From Burkholderiaceae bacterium (GTDB lineage Bacteria > Patescibacteriota > Saccharimonadia > Saccharimonadales > AQU-01), in the NCBI GenBank assembly GCA_043788365.1, contig JAYVTZ010000011.1:31272-95271 (forward strand): a stretch of DNA of 64,000 nt, in the 5' to 3' direction. Positions 54,404-63,448 of this stretch are shown here, piece after piece. Every line of letters starts with the position of its first letter. The stretch's first letter is position 1. The notes beneath the pieces were generated by a model that saw nothing but the letters and a program-made list of their open reading frames with translations, ran no database searches and had not been told where the DNA came from. Both the position numbers and the translations under genes were made by a program.

Positions 54404-55609
54404 ATGAAAATACTGATGCTTGGGTGGGAATTACCCCCACATAACAGTGGTGGACTTGGAGTGGCGTGCTTCCAGCTCTGTAAAGCCCTAGCTCAGAAGG
54501 GCGCTGACATTGAATTCATCCTCCCCTACACTGCCGAACATGACATTGATTTTATGAATATTCACTCGGTCAGTCCACAGGGCGTAAAGGATATTATTAA
54601 GTCAGGCATCGCTTACGACAGCTATAAGTACGTCTATGTAGATGGCACTGAAGAGATTATTGACATCTACGGTCAACAACTTTCTTACGAATTATCGGTC
54701 GAAAAACTAGCAGAGATACTTGAGTTTGACGTAATTCACGCTCACGACTGGTTAACATTTAAAGCCGCCATGCGGGCTAAAGTTCTAAGTGGTAAACCGA
54801 TGATAGCCCATGTCCACTCGCTAGAGAGTGACCGTGCAGGTGGTAAATCAGGTAATCCTTATGTCCACGAAATCGAATATATGGGTCTGATGATGGCCGA
54901 CAAAATCGTGGCAGTTAGTGAATTCACCAAACAGACCATTATCAACGACTACGGCATTCCTGCCGACAAAATTGATGTCGTACACAACAGCATCGACATC
55001 GATATGGTCCAGCCACTGAGTGGCGAAAACGCCTATCAGTATTTAACGAAAATGAAGGCAAACGGTTATAAAGTCGTAACTAATGTTGGTCGACTAACAA
55101 TTCAAAAAGGCCTGACCAATCTACTACGTGCTGCCAAGGAAGTCGTCTACCGAATGCCTAAAACAGTTTTTCTATTAGTTGGTAGCGGCGATCAGTACTA
55201 TGAGCTCATAACTCTCGCTGCCGAGCTAGGCATTACCCGAAATGTAATCCTAACTGGCTTTCAACGCGGCAAACAGTGGCGTGATGCATTTGCAGTCGCC
55301 GATTTGTTCGTCATGCCATCTGTCTCTGAACCCTTTGGAATCGTACCACTCGAAGCCATAAGTTATGGCGCACCGACATTGATCACAAAGCAATCTGGAG
55401 TGGCAGAAGTGTTGATTAATAGTTTAAAGGTCGACTTTTGGGACATTAACGAAATGGCTAACCAAATCGTCGGTGCTCTAGAGAGCGACTCACTTCGCCA
55501 AGTTTTACTTGCCAACGCCCTGAACGAATACCGAGGCATGTCCTGGAATAATTCGGCCGATAAAATGATGGGTCTATATCAGGCGCACTCGACAGGGGTT
55601 TTGGCATGA
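54404..55609 (+). CDS. Glycogen-synthase-like GT4/GT5 glycosyltransferase
   Basis: MKILMLGWELPPHNSGGLGVAC N-terminus, GRLTIQKG, EPFGIVPLEAISYG. Confidence 0.8.
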   Translation: MKILMLGWELPPHNSGGLGVACFQLCKALAQKGADIEFILPYTAEHDIDFMNIHSVSPQGVKDIIKSGIAYDSYKYVYVDGTEEIIDIYGQQLSYELSVEKLAEILEFDVIHAHDWLTFKAAMRAKVLSGKPMIAHVHSLESDRAGGKSGNPYVHEIEYMGLMMADKIVAVSEFTKQTIINDYGIPADKIDVVHNSIDIDMVQPLSGENAYQYLTKMKANGYKVVTNVGRLTIQKGLTNLLRAAKEVVYRMPKTVFLLVGSGDQYYELITLAAELGITRNVILTGFQRGKQWRDAFAVADLFVMPSVSEPFGIVPLEAISYGAPTLITKQSGVAEVLINSLKVDFWDINEMANQIVGALESDSLRQVLLANALNEYRGMSWNNSADKMMGLYQAHSTGVLA

Positions 55610-56811
55610 AAAAAGCAATTGTTTTATACATGCACGTTCACCAGCCCTATCGAATTCGTAATTACACAATCTTCGATGCTGGCGTTAATCACGACTATTT
55701 CGATGCCGATTATAGCCACAATACTTCTAACGCCCGTATTATTCGCAAAGTTTCCGACAAGTCCTACTTGCCAACAAATGCTAAGTTAATGGAGCTATTA
55801 AGTAGCCACTCTGAATTTAAGCTCAGTCTGTCAATAAGTGGCACTCTAATAGATCAATTAACTGAGTGGGCTCCGGAAACGCTAAAATCTTTCCAGGAAC
55901 TGGTTGCTACTGGCCGTGTTGAGATTGTAGCTGAAACTTATCACCATAGCTTGGCTTTCTTCTACTCACGACCTGAGTTTGAGGCACAAGTTAAAATGCA
56001 CCGTGAAAAAATCGAAGAATTATTTCACCAAACTCCTAAAGTATTTCGTAACACCGAGCTGGCTTACAACAACGAACTTGCCAATTGGGCAGAATCAGCT
56101 GGCTATAAGGGTATCTTGGCCGAGGGCTGGGATCCAATCTTACAATGGCGCAGCCCTAACTTCGTCTACAAAACGCCCGGCAACGAGAACTTAAAGCTAC
56201 TCGTCAAAAACTATAAACTTAGCGATGACATTGCCTTTCGCTTTGGCGACAGTAACTGGTCCGAGTGGCCGCTGACAGCCGATAAGTTTTCTCACTGGTT
56301 AAACGATTCTGGTGACGCCACTAACTTCAACCTATTTATGGACTACGAAACTTTCGGTGAGCATCAGTGGGGTGAGTCCGGTATTTTTGACTTCTTGGAG
56401 CACTTGCCAAACGAGTGGCTGAAAAACCCAAATAACACCTTCATGACAGTCAGCGAAGCAATGGATGAACATGAAACAGTCGGTGAGCTCGATATGCCCT
56501 ACACCGTCACATGGGCTGATACTGAACGTGATTTGAGCGCCTGGCTGGGTAATGCTATGCAGCAGCAGTCAATTCTTGCGCTTTACGGTTTAGAAGATAA
56601 AATCAAAAATAGTGGTGATTTATCGCTAATCAACGACTGGCGTCGACTACAAACATCAGACCACTTCTACTACATGTGTACCAAATGGTTTAACGACGGC
56701 GACATCCACGCCTACTTTAGTCCTTATGACACACCATACGAAGCTCACATTGCCTTTATGAACGCTTGGCACGACTTGCAGTTCCGCTTAGGTGAAAAAG
56801 GACTGCTCTAA
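55606..56811 (+). CDS. Glycoside hydrolase family 57 protein
   Basis: LYMHVHQPYR start, FMDYETFGEHQW catalytic-region pattern. Confidence 0.82.
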   Translation: MKKAIVLYMHVHQPYRIRNYTIFDAGVNHDYFDADYSHNTSNARIIRKVSDKSYLPTNAKLMELLSSHSEFKLSLSISGTLIDQLTEWAPETLKSFQELVATGRVEIVAETYHHSLAFFYSRPEFEAQVKMHREKIEELFHQTPKVFRNTELAYNNELANWAESAGYKGILAEGWDPILQWRSPNFVYKTPGNENLKLLVKNYKLSDDIAFRFGDSNWSEWPLTADKFSHWLNDSGDATNFNLFMDYETFGEHQWGESGIFDFLEHLPNEWLKNPNNTFMTVSEAMDEHETVGELDMPYTVTWADTERDLSAWLGNAMQQQSILALYGLEDKIKNSGDLSLINDWRRLQTSDHFYYMCTKWFNDGDIHAYFSPYDTPYEAHIAFMNAWHDLQFRLGEKGLL

Positions 56812-58745
56812 TGGCGCGGCCAGTCATCCTAGGTAATAGTAGCCTTACCGTAGGCCTAAACGAACAAGGGCTAGTCCACGACTTCTATTACCCTTATGTA
56901 GGCGAAGACAACCTAACTACTGCCCGAAATGCCCATCATAAGATAGGTATCTGGGTAGATAACACATTTTCGTGGGTTGATGATGGCACTTGGCTAATTA
57001 GCGTCGACTTTCGTGACGATGCTCTGATTAGTCATATTACGATGAAAAACACGGTTCTTAGGGTAGAAATAGCTATGCAAGACTTTGTCGACAGCGAGTT
57101 TAATGCCTTTTGTCGTCAAATGACTTTGACAAATATCGCCGACCACAAGCGTGAAATTCGGGTTTTCTTCCACCAAGTTTTTCAGATTTCTAGCGCCGGT
57201 CGAGCCGATACTGCCTTATTTGTGCCCGATGCGAACTATATTCTTGATTATAAAGGTCGCTGTAGCCTGCTTATCTATGCCAAAGATCAGGATGGACACC
57301 ACTTTGACCAGTATGCCGTCGGTGGCTATGGCGTCGAGGGTAAAGAAGGCACCTATCGTGACGCAGAAGATGGCGAGCTATCAGGCAGTGCCGTTGAGCA
57401 CGGTGGTGTTGACTCGGTTGTTAGAGTTACTAGTAATGTCGAAGGCAATAAGTCCACACTTATAGACTATTGGGTTGTCGCCTCCGATTCTCAATATAGC
57501 GCCGAAAAAATCCACGATGAAATCTTAGCAGAGACAATTGAAGTCCGTCGCGATAAAACTGTTGAGCATTGGCATAATTGGTTGTCAACTGCCGACAAAT
57601 CCTTTGAAAAAGTCGAGCATAAGTACCTCAGTCTATTTAAAAAATCGCTAATGATGATAAAGGCCCATACTGATAAACATGGTGGCGTGATTGCTTCCTG
57701 CGACTCCTCTATTTATAACTACGGACGAGATTACTACAGCTACGTTTGGCCTAGAGATGGTGCTTATGTCATGTGGCCATTGATTCGTCTAGGATTCAAG
57801 GCCGAGCCTAAAGCATTTTTCCGTTTTTGCCGTGACATTATCTCGCAAGAGGGCTTTATGATGCACAAATATCAGCCCGACAAAGCTGTTGGTAGTACCT
57901 GGCATCCTTTAATTCATAACAAGCGCAAGGAATTAGCGATTCAAGAAGACGAAACCGCAATTATTATTTATATGCTGGGTGAGTATCTGAATTACTCTGA
58001 AGATAAAGAGTTTGTGCTCAGCTTATATGATAAGCTGATACGTCCGGCGGCTAATTTTATGGCTGGGTTTATTGATCCATCAACCCATCTGCCCCACGCT
58101 AGTTACGATCTTTGGGAAGAAAAGTTCTCGACTTCTACCTACACGACGGCAGTGACTTATCAAGCACTTTTAGTAGCGGCTGATTTTGCTGACGACTTTG
58201 GGCATGGTGAAGATGGTATTAGGTGGCGACAAGTTGCTGAACTTATATTAGAAAACTCCGACAAGCTATTTGATACTGACAGCAATGCCTTCCGCAAAGG
58301 CTTCCTGCTACAAGCCGACAGCTTGGAAGTACAGAATGATAACACCCTAGATGTTTCCAGTCTTTATGGGCCGATGATGTTTGGACTGCATGATGAACCT
58401 GCAACCAAACTGCATCAGACTGCAGAGCAGATTGAAAAGCTACTACTTGGTAGCACACCGACAGGCGGCACACCACGTTATGAGCACGACAACTACTTCT
58501 TAACCAAACACGAATTTATGGGTAATCCTTGGCTCGTTACTACACTCTGGATGGCACAGTACTACATAAGATCTGGCAAGTCTGATAAGGCCAAGGAGTT
58601 AATTGAATGGACAATGGCCCATAGTCTATATAGTGGCGCCCTAACCGAACAAGTTGACCCAGTTAACGGTACCCCGTTATCCGTCAATCCTTTGGCCTGG
58701 AGCCACGCCGAATTTATCAATACAGTTCTAGACCTTTATCAATAA
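56811..58745 (+). CDS. Glycoside hydrolase family 15 (glucoamylase/glucodextranase-like)
   Basis: YSYVWPRDGAYV, YDLWEEKF, PLAWSHAEF motifs. Confidence 0.88.
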   Translation: MARPVILGNSSLTVGLNEQGLVHDFYYPYVGEDNLTTARNAHHKIGIWVDNTFSWVDDGTWLISVDFRDDALISHITMKNTVLRVEIAMQDFVDSEFNAFCRQMTLTNIADHKREIRVFFHQVFQISSAGRADTALFVPDANYILDYKGRCSLLIYAKDQDGHHFDQYAVGGYGVEGKEGTYRDAEDGELSGSAVEHGGVDSVVRVTSNVEGNKSTLIDYWVVASDSQYSAEKIHDEILAETIEVRRDKTVEHWHNWLSTADKSFEKVEHKYLSLFKKSLMMIKAHTDKHGGVIASCDSSIYNYGRDYYSYVWPRDGAYVMWPLIRLGFKAEPKAFFRFCRDIISQEGFMMHKYQPDKAVGSTWHPLIHNKRKELAIQEDETAIIIYMLGEYLNYSEDKEFVLSLYDKLIRPAANFMAGFIDPSTHLPHASYDLWEEKFSTSTYTTAVTYQALLVAADFADDFGHGEDGIRWRQVAELILENSDKLFDTDSNAFRKGFLLQADSLEVQNDNTLDVSSLYGPMMFGLHDEPATKLHQTAEQIEKLLLGSTPTGGTPRYEHDNYFLTKHEFMGNPWLVTTLWMAQYYIRSGKSDKAKELIEWTMAHSLYSGALTEQVDPVNGTPLSVNPLAWSHAEFINTVLDLYQ

Positions 58746-58747
58746 AA

Positions 58748-58766
58748 AAGGCCCTGTTGGGGCCTT
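58748..58766. terminator. Bidirectional terminator hairpin between GH15 and rpmG
   Basis: AAGGCCC-TGTT-GGGGCCTT flanked by A-run and T-rich sequence. Confidence 0.55.
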
Positions 58767-58785
58767 AAATTTCATAACAAGTATT

Positions 58786-58992
58786 TTAGTGCTTACGTGG
58801 CTTGACTTCGTTACGGCCTAGGCTCTTCTTGGTCTCAGCGTACCAAACGTGTTTGCGAGCGATTGGATCGTATTTCTTGAGTCGAAGCTTATCAGGTGTA
58901 TTTTGGGTATTTTTAGACGTGTAATAGTGCCTGTGTCCTGTTTCTTCAGACACCAGACCAACCAGTTTTCGTTTGTCGCCTTTTTTAGCCAT
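58786..58992 (-). CDS. rpmG: 50S ribosomal protein L33 (Cys-less type, C-terminal extension)
   Basis: [43 protein letters not shown]... parallels L33. Confidence 0.9.
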   Translation of the reverse strand: MAKKGDKRKLVGLVSEETGHRHYYTSKNTQNTPDKLRLKKYDPIARKHVWYAETKKSLGRNEVKPRKH

Positions 58993-59038
58993 AAAATATA
59001 AACCTTTCCAGTGATTCTATCAAATTTTCATCATCTGG

Positions 59039-59410
59039 TCAAACAGATACGGTAGATTGTTCTATTAGATATGCTTCAACCTCTGCAACAATCCCGCCCG
59101 GACCTTTCGGTTCGATTGGTGATAATGGTTCAAACGGCCTAACACCAGCCTTTCCTCGTCCACGTCTAGCGCGCCATCTATCTTGTATTTCTCTGGATGC
59201 AGTCAGTGCCACTGCCGCTACTCCAACTATTTCTGGCATCGTCAGCCAGTCTTTAGCTACACTGTTTTCGTCTAGCATATTGGCGTTCACATCGGCGGCC
59301 AGAGCTATCAATGCACCACTAGCTGAGGCAATAATTCTGGTGACTCTTTGGGCGTGTCTTTCAACTAGTACTGGTGACATTGACCGATTTACTGACTCTA
59401 AATTATTCAT
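59039..59410 (-). CDS. Hypothetical protein
   Basis: The track ORF start overlaps tRNA-Thr; trimmed to MNNLES at 59410. Confidence 0.4.
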   Translation of the reverse strand: MNNLESVNRSMSPVLVERHAQRVTRIIASASGALIALAADVNANMLDENSVAKDWLTMPEIVGVAAVALTASREIQDRWRARRGRGKAGVRPFEPLSPIEPKGPGGIVAEVEAYLIEQSTVSV

Positions 59411-59419
59411 AAATTCACT

Positions 59420-59494
59420 TGGAGCCACGTCCGAGACTTGAACTCGGGACCCCCTCCTTACCATGGAGGTGCTCTACCACTGAGCTAACGCGGC
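59420..59494 (-). tRNA. tRNA-Thr (anticodon GGU), CCA encoded
   Basis: Reverse complement GCCGCGTTAGCTCAGTGGTAGAGCACCTCCATGGTAAGGAGGGGGTCCCGAGTTCAAGTCTCGGACGTGGCTCCA; loop ATGGTAA. Confidence 0.9.
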
Positions 59495-59568
59495 TTAATA
59501 TCTAATTTCTGCTTAAGTTATAGTAGCAAATTCAATCTGTTTTTGCTACACTATTGACTGTTAATTAG

Positions 59569-59643
59569 GCCGCCTTAGCTCAGTGGTAGAGCAACACTTT
59601 TGTAAAGTGAAGGTCGTCGGTTCAAATCCGACAGGCGGCTCCA
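59569..59643 (+). tRNA. tRNA-Thr (anticodon UGU), CCA encoded
   Basis: GCCGCCTTAGCTCAGTGGTAGAGCAACACTTTTGTAAAGTGAAGGTCGTCGGTTCAAATCCGACAGGCGGCTCCA; loop TTTGTAA. Confidence 0.9.
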
Positions 59644-59793
59644 AATGTCTTAACGGTCTTTTCCAAATTAGCAAACCAAGCAACTCGTTGCTGTTTGCTA
59701 ATTTGAGAGGAGACGGCTTGGTAGAGTTACTAGTGATACCGGTCAAACTTGTTTTGCCGGCGATTTAGTCGCCCAAGCCTTACACATTGACGT

Positions 59794-59879
59794 GCAGGGT
59801 TAGTGAAGCGGTCAAACACGGCAGACTGTAAATCTGTTGGCTTACGCCTTCGTAGGTTCGAATCCTACACCCTGCACCA
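59794..59879 (+). tRNA. tRNA-Tyr (anticodon GUA), long variable arm, CCA encoded
   Basis: GCAGGGTTAGTGAAGCGGTCAAACACGGCAGACTGTAAATCTGTTGGCTTACGCCTTCGTAGGTTCGAATCCTACACCCTGCACCA; loop CTGTAAA. Confidence 0.9.
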
Positions 59880-59888
59880 AAAGTGAGG

Positions 59889-59916
59889 CCCCTCTTTAGA
59901 GGGGTTTTGCTTTTGG
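59889..59916 (+). terminator. Intrinsic terminator after tRNA-Tyr
   Basis: CCCCTC-TTTA-GAGGGG followed by TTTTGCTTTT. Confidence 0.65.
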
Positions 59917-60109
59917 TGGAGATATGATTCCTACTTACGAAGTTGCGCGCTTGCTCGCAGTACTTCGTTGGTTCGGTCATCTGTCTAATACCCGAGTGAA
60001 CTCGGCGCATATATTAATGTGCGCCAGTCTTCACTTTGCACCAAATCGCTAGTGCTTGCATATAAGCAAGCGTCTGATAGTCTTATGAGTAACTAAAGGA
60101 AAAGGTATT

Positions 60110-60466
60110 ATGAAACATTTAGGCGATCCAGAACATCCATGTGCGGGTATCGAACGATCTAAGAATATGATTAGCGCTATCGATCGCGAAGCTAGACTTA
60201 ACGCTCAGCAAGGAAAAACGACTATCACCAATGTTGAAAGAGGCATTACTGAACTCAAACATGATACTGTTATGGTGCTGGGTTTAGCCTGTGGTGAACT
60301 ATGTCCGAAGTTAGGCCGTTGCATGTTGGATTCTTTTGGGCCTGGTGATCCGCTTCTTCGTAAACCTCCGGAGACTCTCACGGAAGATGAAGGTCAGGAA
60401 GTGAGCGCTAAAAGACATTTCGATATGCTTACTATGATGACCAAAATGGGGATGGGGATAATGTAG
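60110..60466 (+). CDS. Hypothetical protein (118 aa, Cys- and Met-rich)
   Basis: ORF with AAAGGAAAAGG upstream. Confidence 0.45.
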   Translation: MKHLGDPEHPCAGIERSKNMISAIDREARLNAQQGKTTITNVERGITELKHDTVMVLGLACGELCPKLGRCMLDSFGPGDPLLRKPPETLTEDEGQEVSAKRHFDMLTMMTKMGMGIM

Positions 60467-60634
60467 TCACCCTAAGGCTGCTTGCTTAGGTTAATAATTA
60501 AGCAGCTCTGCCTCTATAACACGCAGATAAATGCTTCCGAATAACTTACTGCTAATAGCATAAACACTAGCCAGCAACAGAAATAAGAATAAGATTAAGG
60601 CATGTGAATGAAGGTAAGCGCTAAGTTTTAGATA

Positions 60635-60991
60635 ATGATAGCTGGCCTTGATGACTTAGAAGGGCTACCAGGCCCTTTCTACAAGTTCTTTAGAGAAAAA
60701 CTAGGAGACGTTATCCTTGTACGACTGTCAGAAATTGCCAAAAGTAACAATGTAACTGTGCAATGCTTGGCTGCATATTATGATGGCGAGAATTTACTTT
60801 TCGGTCTTGGGGTGATCAAAGGCACGGCGGTTGAGCCACGTGGCCAAAATGGCTTTGGCATTGACCCGGTTATAGTACCAAACGGACAAAACCGTACAAT
60901 GGCTGAAATGACGGCCGAAGAAAAGAATCAAATTAGTCATCGTGGACAAGCATTTAAGAATTTATTAAAACAGCTCGAGACTTTAGGATAG
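60635..60991 (+). pseudogene. rdgB: N-terminally truncated RdgB/HAM1-family NTP pyrophosphatase
   Basis: C-terminal two thirds only (PRGQNGFGIDPVIVP...EEKNQISHRGQAF). In-frame TAG at 60629; no frame upstream encodes the missing N-terminal region. Confidence 0.6.
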
Positions 60992-61028
60992 CCCTGCCGA
61001 GAACCTAGAATAGGAGTATACTTTTCCC

Positions 61029-61543
61029 ATGAGTAAATCACACCGCCACAGCATCATAATAGCGTCGGTATTGGTGCCTGTAGCAGTATTTATAACTGTT
61101 AACTTAAGCATAAGTACGCCCAATAACGTACAGAAACAAAATATGGCATGGCTTCAATCTCAAGCCAATAAGATATTCGGTAATTTTGATAAACTCGCAC
61201 CCCAACCTCCAACTTACAACTGTTCAGTTGCGCAGAAATTAATAGGTGACGGCTGCTATGTTAATGTCAAATCCAATCTAATCAGCAACAATTCTGATAT
61301 CTCTAACTACATCAACTTAGGCAAGCAATTACCTGTTACGTTAGTTAATGACGGTTGGACGAATTTGCTAGCAAATATCCTACCCCGGAATTTGTAGAAA
61401 ATACTCAAGGAAATGCAAAGATTAATTTAGCCTATACTAAAACTGCAAATAATCTTTATTGTGAGCTAACATACAATGTCTCGATGGGCTATAAAGATTC
61501 ATATCTGGGCGATTATGCCAACTGGAACGTGCTCTGTAAATAG
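61029..61543 (+). pseudogene. Exoprotein gene split by a frameshift near 61355
   Basis: ORFs 61029-61397 and 61355-61543 overlap in different frames. The second has only a TTG start and continues the first sensibly (...TLVNDG / DEFASKYPTPEF...). Confidence 0.5.
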
Positions 61544-61676
61544 GCTTAAATACAATTTTTAACTCCTGTTATTTCTCAATAACAATCGCGCAAACTGTCA
61601 AAATTATATCGAAAATATGACTATTTACGTATTTGACATGTTATGGTATATAATGCTTTTTATTAAGGAGAACAAA

Positions 61677-61916
61677 ATGACAGGACAAAACCCAAACCAA
61701 CACATAATCAGCGCGAGCTCTGCAGACCAACAGCGGTGTCAGATTGACGCCCTAGCCGATGTCTGGGGAGTTGCTACCCGCGCGCAGGTTGAAGCAGCGC
61801 TTGAAGGCGCACATGGTGTTTTAGAAGCGGTTATCAAAGGTGTGCGTGATACGGCTGGAGTTCTTGGGCTGACTGCATTCAAGGGTATTGACACATTCGA
61901 CACCGAGCCTAAATAA
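61677..61916 (+). CDS. Hypothetical protein (79 aa)
   Basis: ATG 61677 preceded by AAGGAG. Confidence 0.45.
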   Translation: MTGQNPNQHIISASSADQQRCQIDALADVWGVATRAQVEAALEGAHGVLEAVIKGVRDTAGVLGLTAFKGIDTFDTEPK

Positions 61917-62565
61917 CTACCCGTTTAGGGCGTAAAACACGTTTTGGGCGAGCCGCAACAGCTGCAGTTGGGCGACGCAGTTTGTGTCGAATAATATCGG
62001 CGTCGGCGGTCATCTCTTGGCTTTCATAGGCCTTCAATAGCAGACCGTAGGTCTCCTGGTTTGGCTCAAGTTCAGCGGCACGTTCAAGCTCCTGAATCAT
62101 CAATTTATAGTTGGCCATCTTCTCTTGAACTTTAGCATAGGCGATATGACGAGCAGCTAGGCCCTCTTCTAGTTTTAGCGCTTGTTCAAACGCTACAGCG
62201 GCTTTGTTATAATTCTCGGTTTCATAATATATGAGGCCTAAGTTGTGCAGACTTGAGGCCGTGGCTTCAATACTCGAGGCAATTTCAAAACAATCAATTG
62301 CGTCTTTATATTCTTTTTGTTTAGCATAGAGTATGCCAAGACGGTTATAGGCGGCTGCGTTGCGCTCGTCAATCTTCAATATTGTCAGAAGTGCCTTCTC
62401 TGCTCGTAAGAAACGATTTTCACGCATACCCTGATGGGCAATGTCCCAGAGTTTACCCAGTTTGTCGCTCAGCTTACGAGGAATTGCGCTTAAATCCTCT
62501 TCGCGAATTATTGAACTGCGATAAGCGAAGAACCCAACCAATAAAACAATTAGAAGTGCATACAT
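61909..62565 (-). CDS. Membrane-anchored TPR-repeat protein
   Basis: N-terminal TM, then about four TPR units (AAYNRLGILYAKQKEYKDAIDCFE...). Confidence 0.75.
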   Translation of the reverse strand: MYALLIVLLVGFFAYRSSIIREEDLSAIPRKLSDKLGKLWDIAHQGMRENRFLRAEKALLTILKIDERNAAAYNRLGILYAKQKEYKDAIDCFEIASSIEATASSLHNLGLIYYETENYNKAAVAFEQALKLEEGLAARHIAYAKVQEKMANYKLMIQELERAAELEPNQETYGLLLKAYESQEMTADADIIRHKLRRPTAAVAARPKRVLRPKRVVI

Positions 62566-62581
62566 CTTGAAAGCTATTATA

Positions 62582-63448
62582 TCAGATATTAACTAGCAAA
62601 TCCGTCAGGAGTAGTTTTGGGTTTGGGTTATTGCTGAGTTTTGACTCGGCTTGGTTGATGAGACTAAGCGCATGGTGGGCTCGTTTCTGCTGATCGTATT
62701 GGTTACTTTCGACTGCTTGTACTAAAACTGCTTTGAAAACACGCTGAAGAGCGTACAGAAATTCGCTTAATGGATACTCACTCTTCGTAATCTTTTCAAG
62801 CGATGATAGACGTTCAAAAACACTACTAGATATTGTCGTCTTGGCTTGTTTTATAGCTTTACTAAGTACATGCTCCTCGTCATTGGTTAGCAATGCAGCC
62901 ATTAGTCCCAGAGCACCATCACTAATATAAAAAGCTCTTTCTACAGCTGCTAGATCATGACCTAATTTATTGAAGTGTTCGAGAGCGTCCTGTTTCAGCA
63001 CTGTTTTAATTGTCAGGCTCTGCGCGCGAGAACGAATAGTCGGCAGTAGTGATAGCTTACTAAACGCAGTCAAGATGAGTACAGTATCTGTTGGCGGCTC
63101 CTCTAAGACCTTAAGTAATGCATTTTGTGCTTGAACTGGCATTTTATCAGCCTGCTCAATAATAACGACACGACGAATACTGCTGTCGCCGAAGGTTTTA
63201 AGCTGGAGAAACTTGTTAATTTGCCTAATGGTCTCTATTGTCACCACATTATTGATAGGTTCGATGCGTAACACGAACTGATTATTTGACAACTTACTTT
63301 CGCTAATGTTCAAGAGATGGCAGGCAATATAATTACTTATCATACCCTTTCCGCTACCTTGTGCTGCCTCAATTAATAAGGCATGGCTAGGATTGTTAAG
63401 AAAGGAGTTGATTTGCAGGCTGGTACTCGGGTGCAACAAGATTTTCAT
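62582..63448 (-). CDS. holB: DNA polymerase III subunit delta'
   Basis: GSGKG P-loop-like, VVIIEQADKM, QNALLKVLEEPP, PTIRSRAQ. Confidence 0.85.
   Translation of the reverse strand: MKILLHPSTSLQINSFLNNPSHALLIEAAQGSGKGMISNYIACHLLNISESKLSNNQFVLRIEPINNVVTIETIRQINKFLQLKTFGDSSIRRVVIIEQADKMPVQAQNALLKVLEEPPTDTVLILTAFSKLSLLPTIRSRAQSLTIKTVLKQDALEHFNKLGHDLAAVERAFYISDGALGLMAALLTNDEEHVLSKAIKQAKTTISSSVFERLSSLEKITKSEYPLSEFLYALQRVFKAVLVQAVESNQYDQQKRAHHALSLINQAESKLSNNPNPKLLLTDLLVNI

Noticed and set aside
58786-58992. Loss of the zinc-ribbon cysteines in L33 as a notable feature
   Set aside because: Cys-less L33 paralogs are common (E. coli L33 is Cys-less), so this is not unusual.
59561-60010. ORFs 59561-59746(-), 59583-59768(+) and 59780-60010(-)
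   Set aside because: They overlap tRNA-Thr(UGU) and tRNA-Tyr. The same reasoning applies to 19447-19761(-), which overlaps tRNA-Gln.
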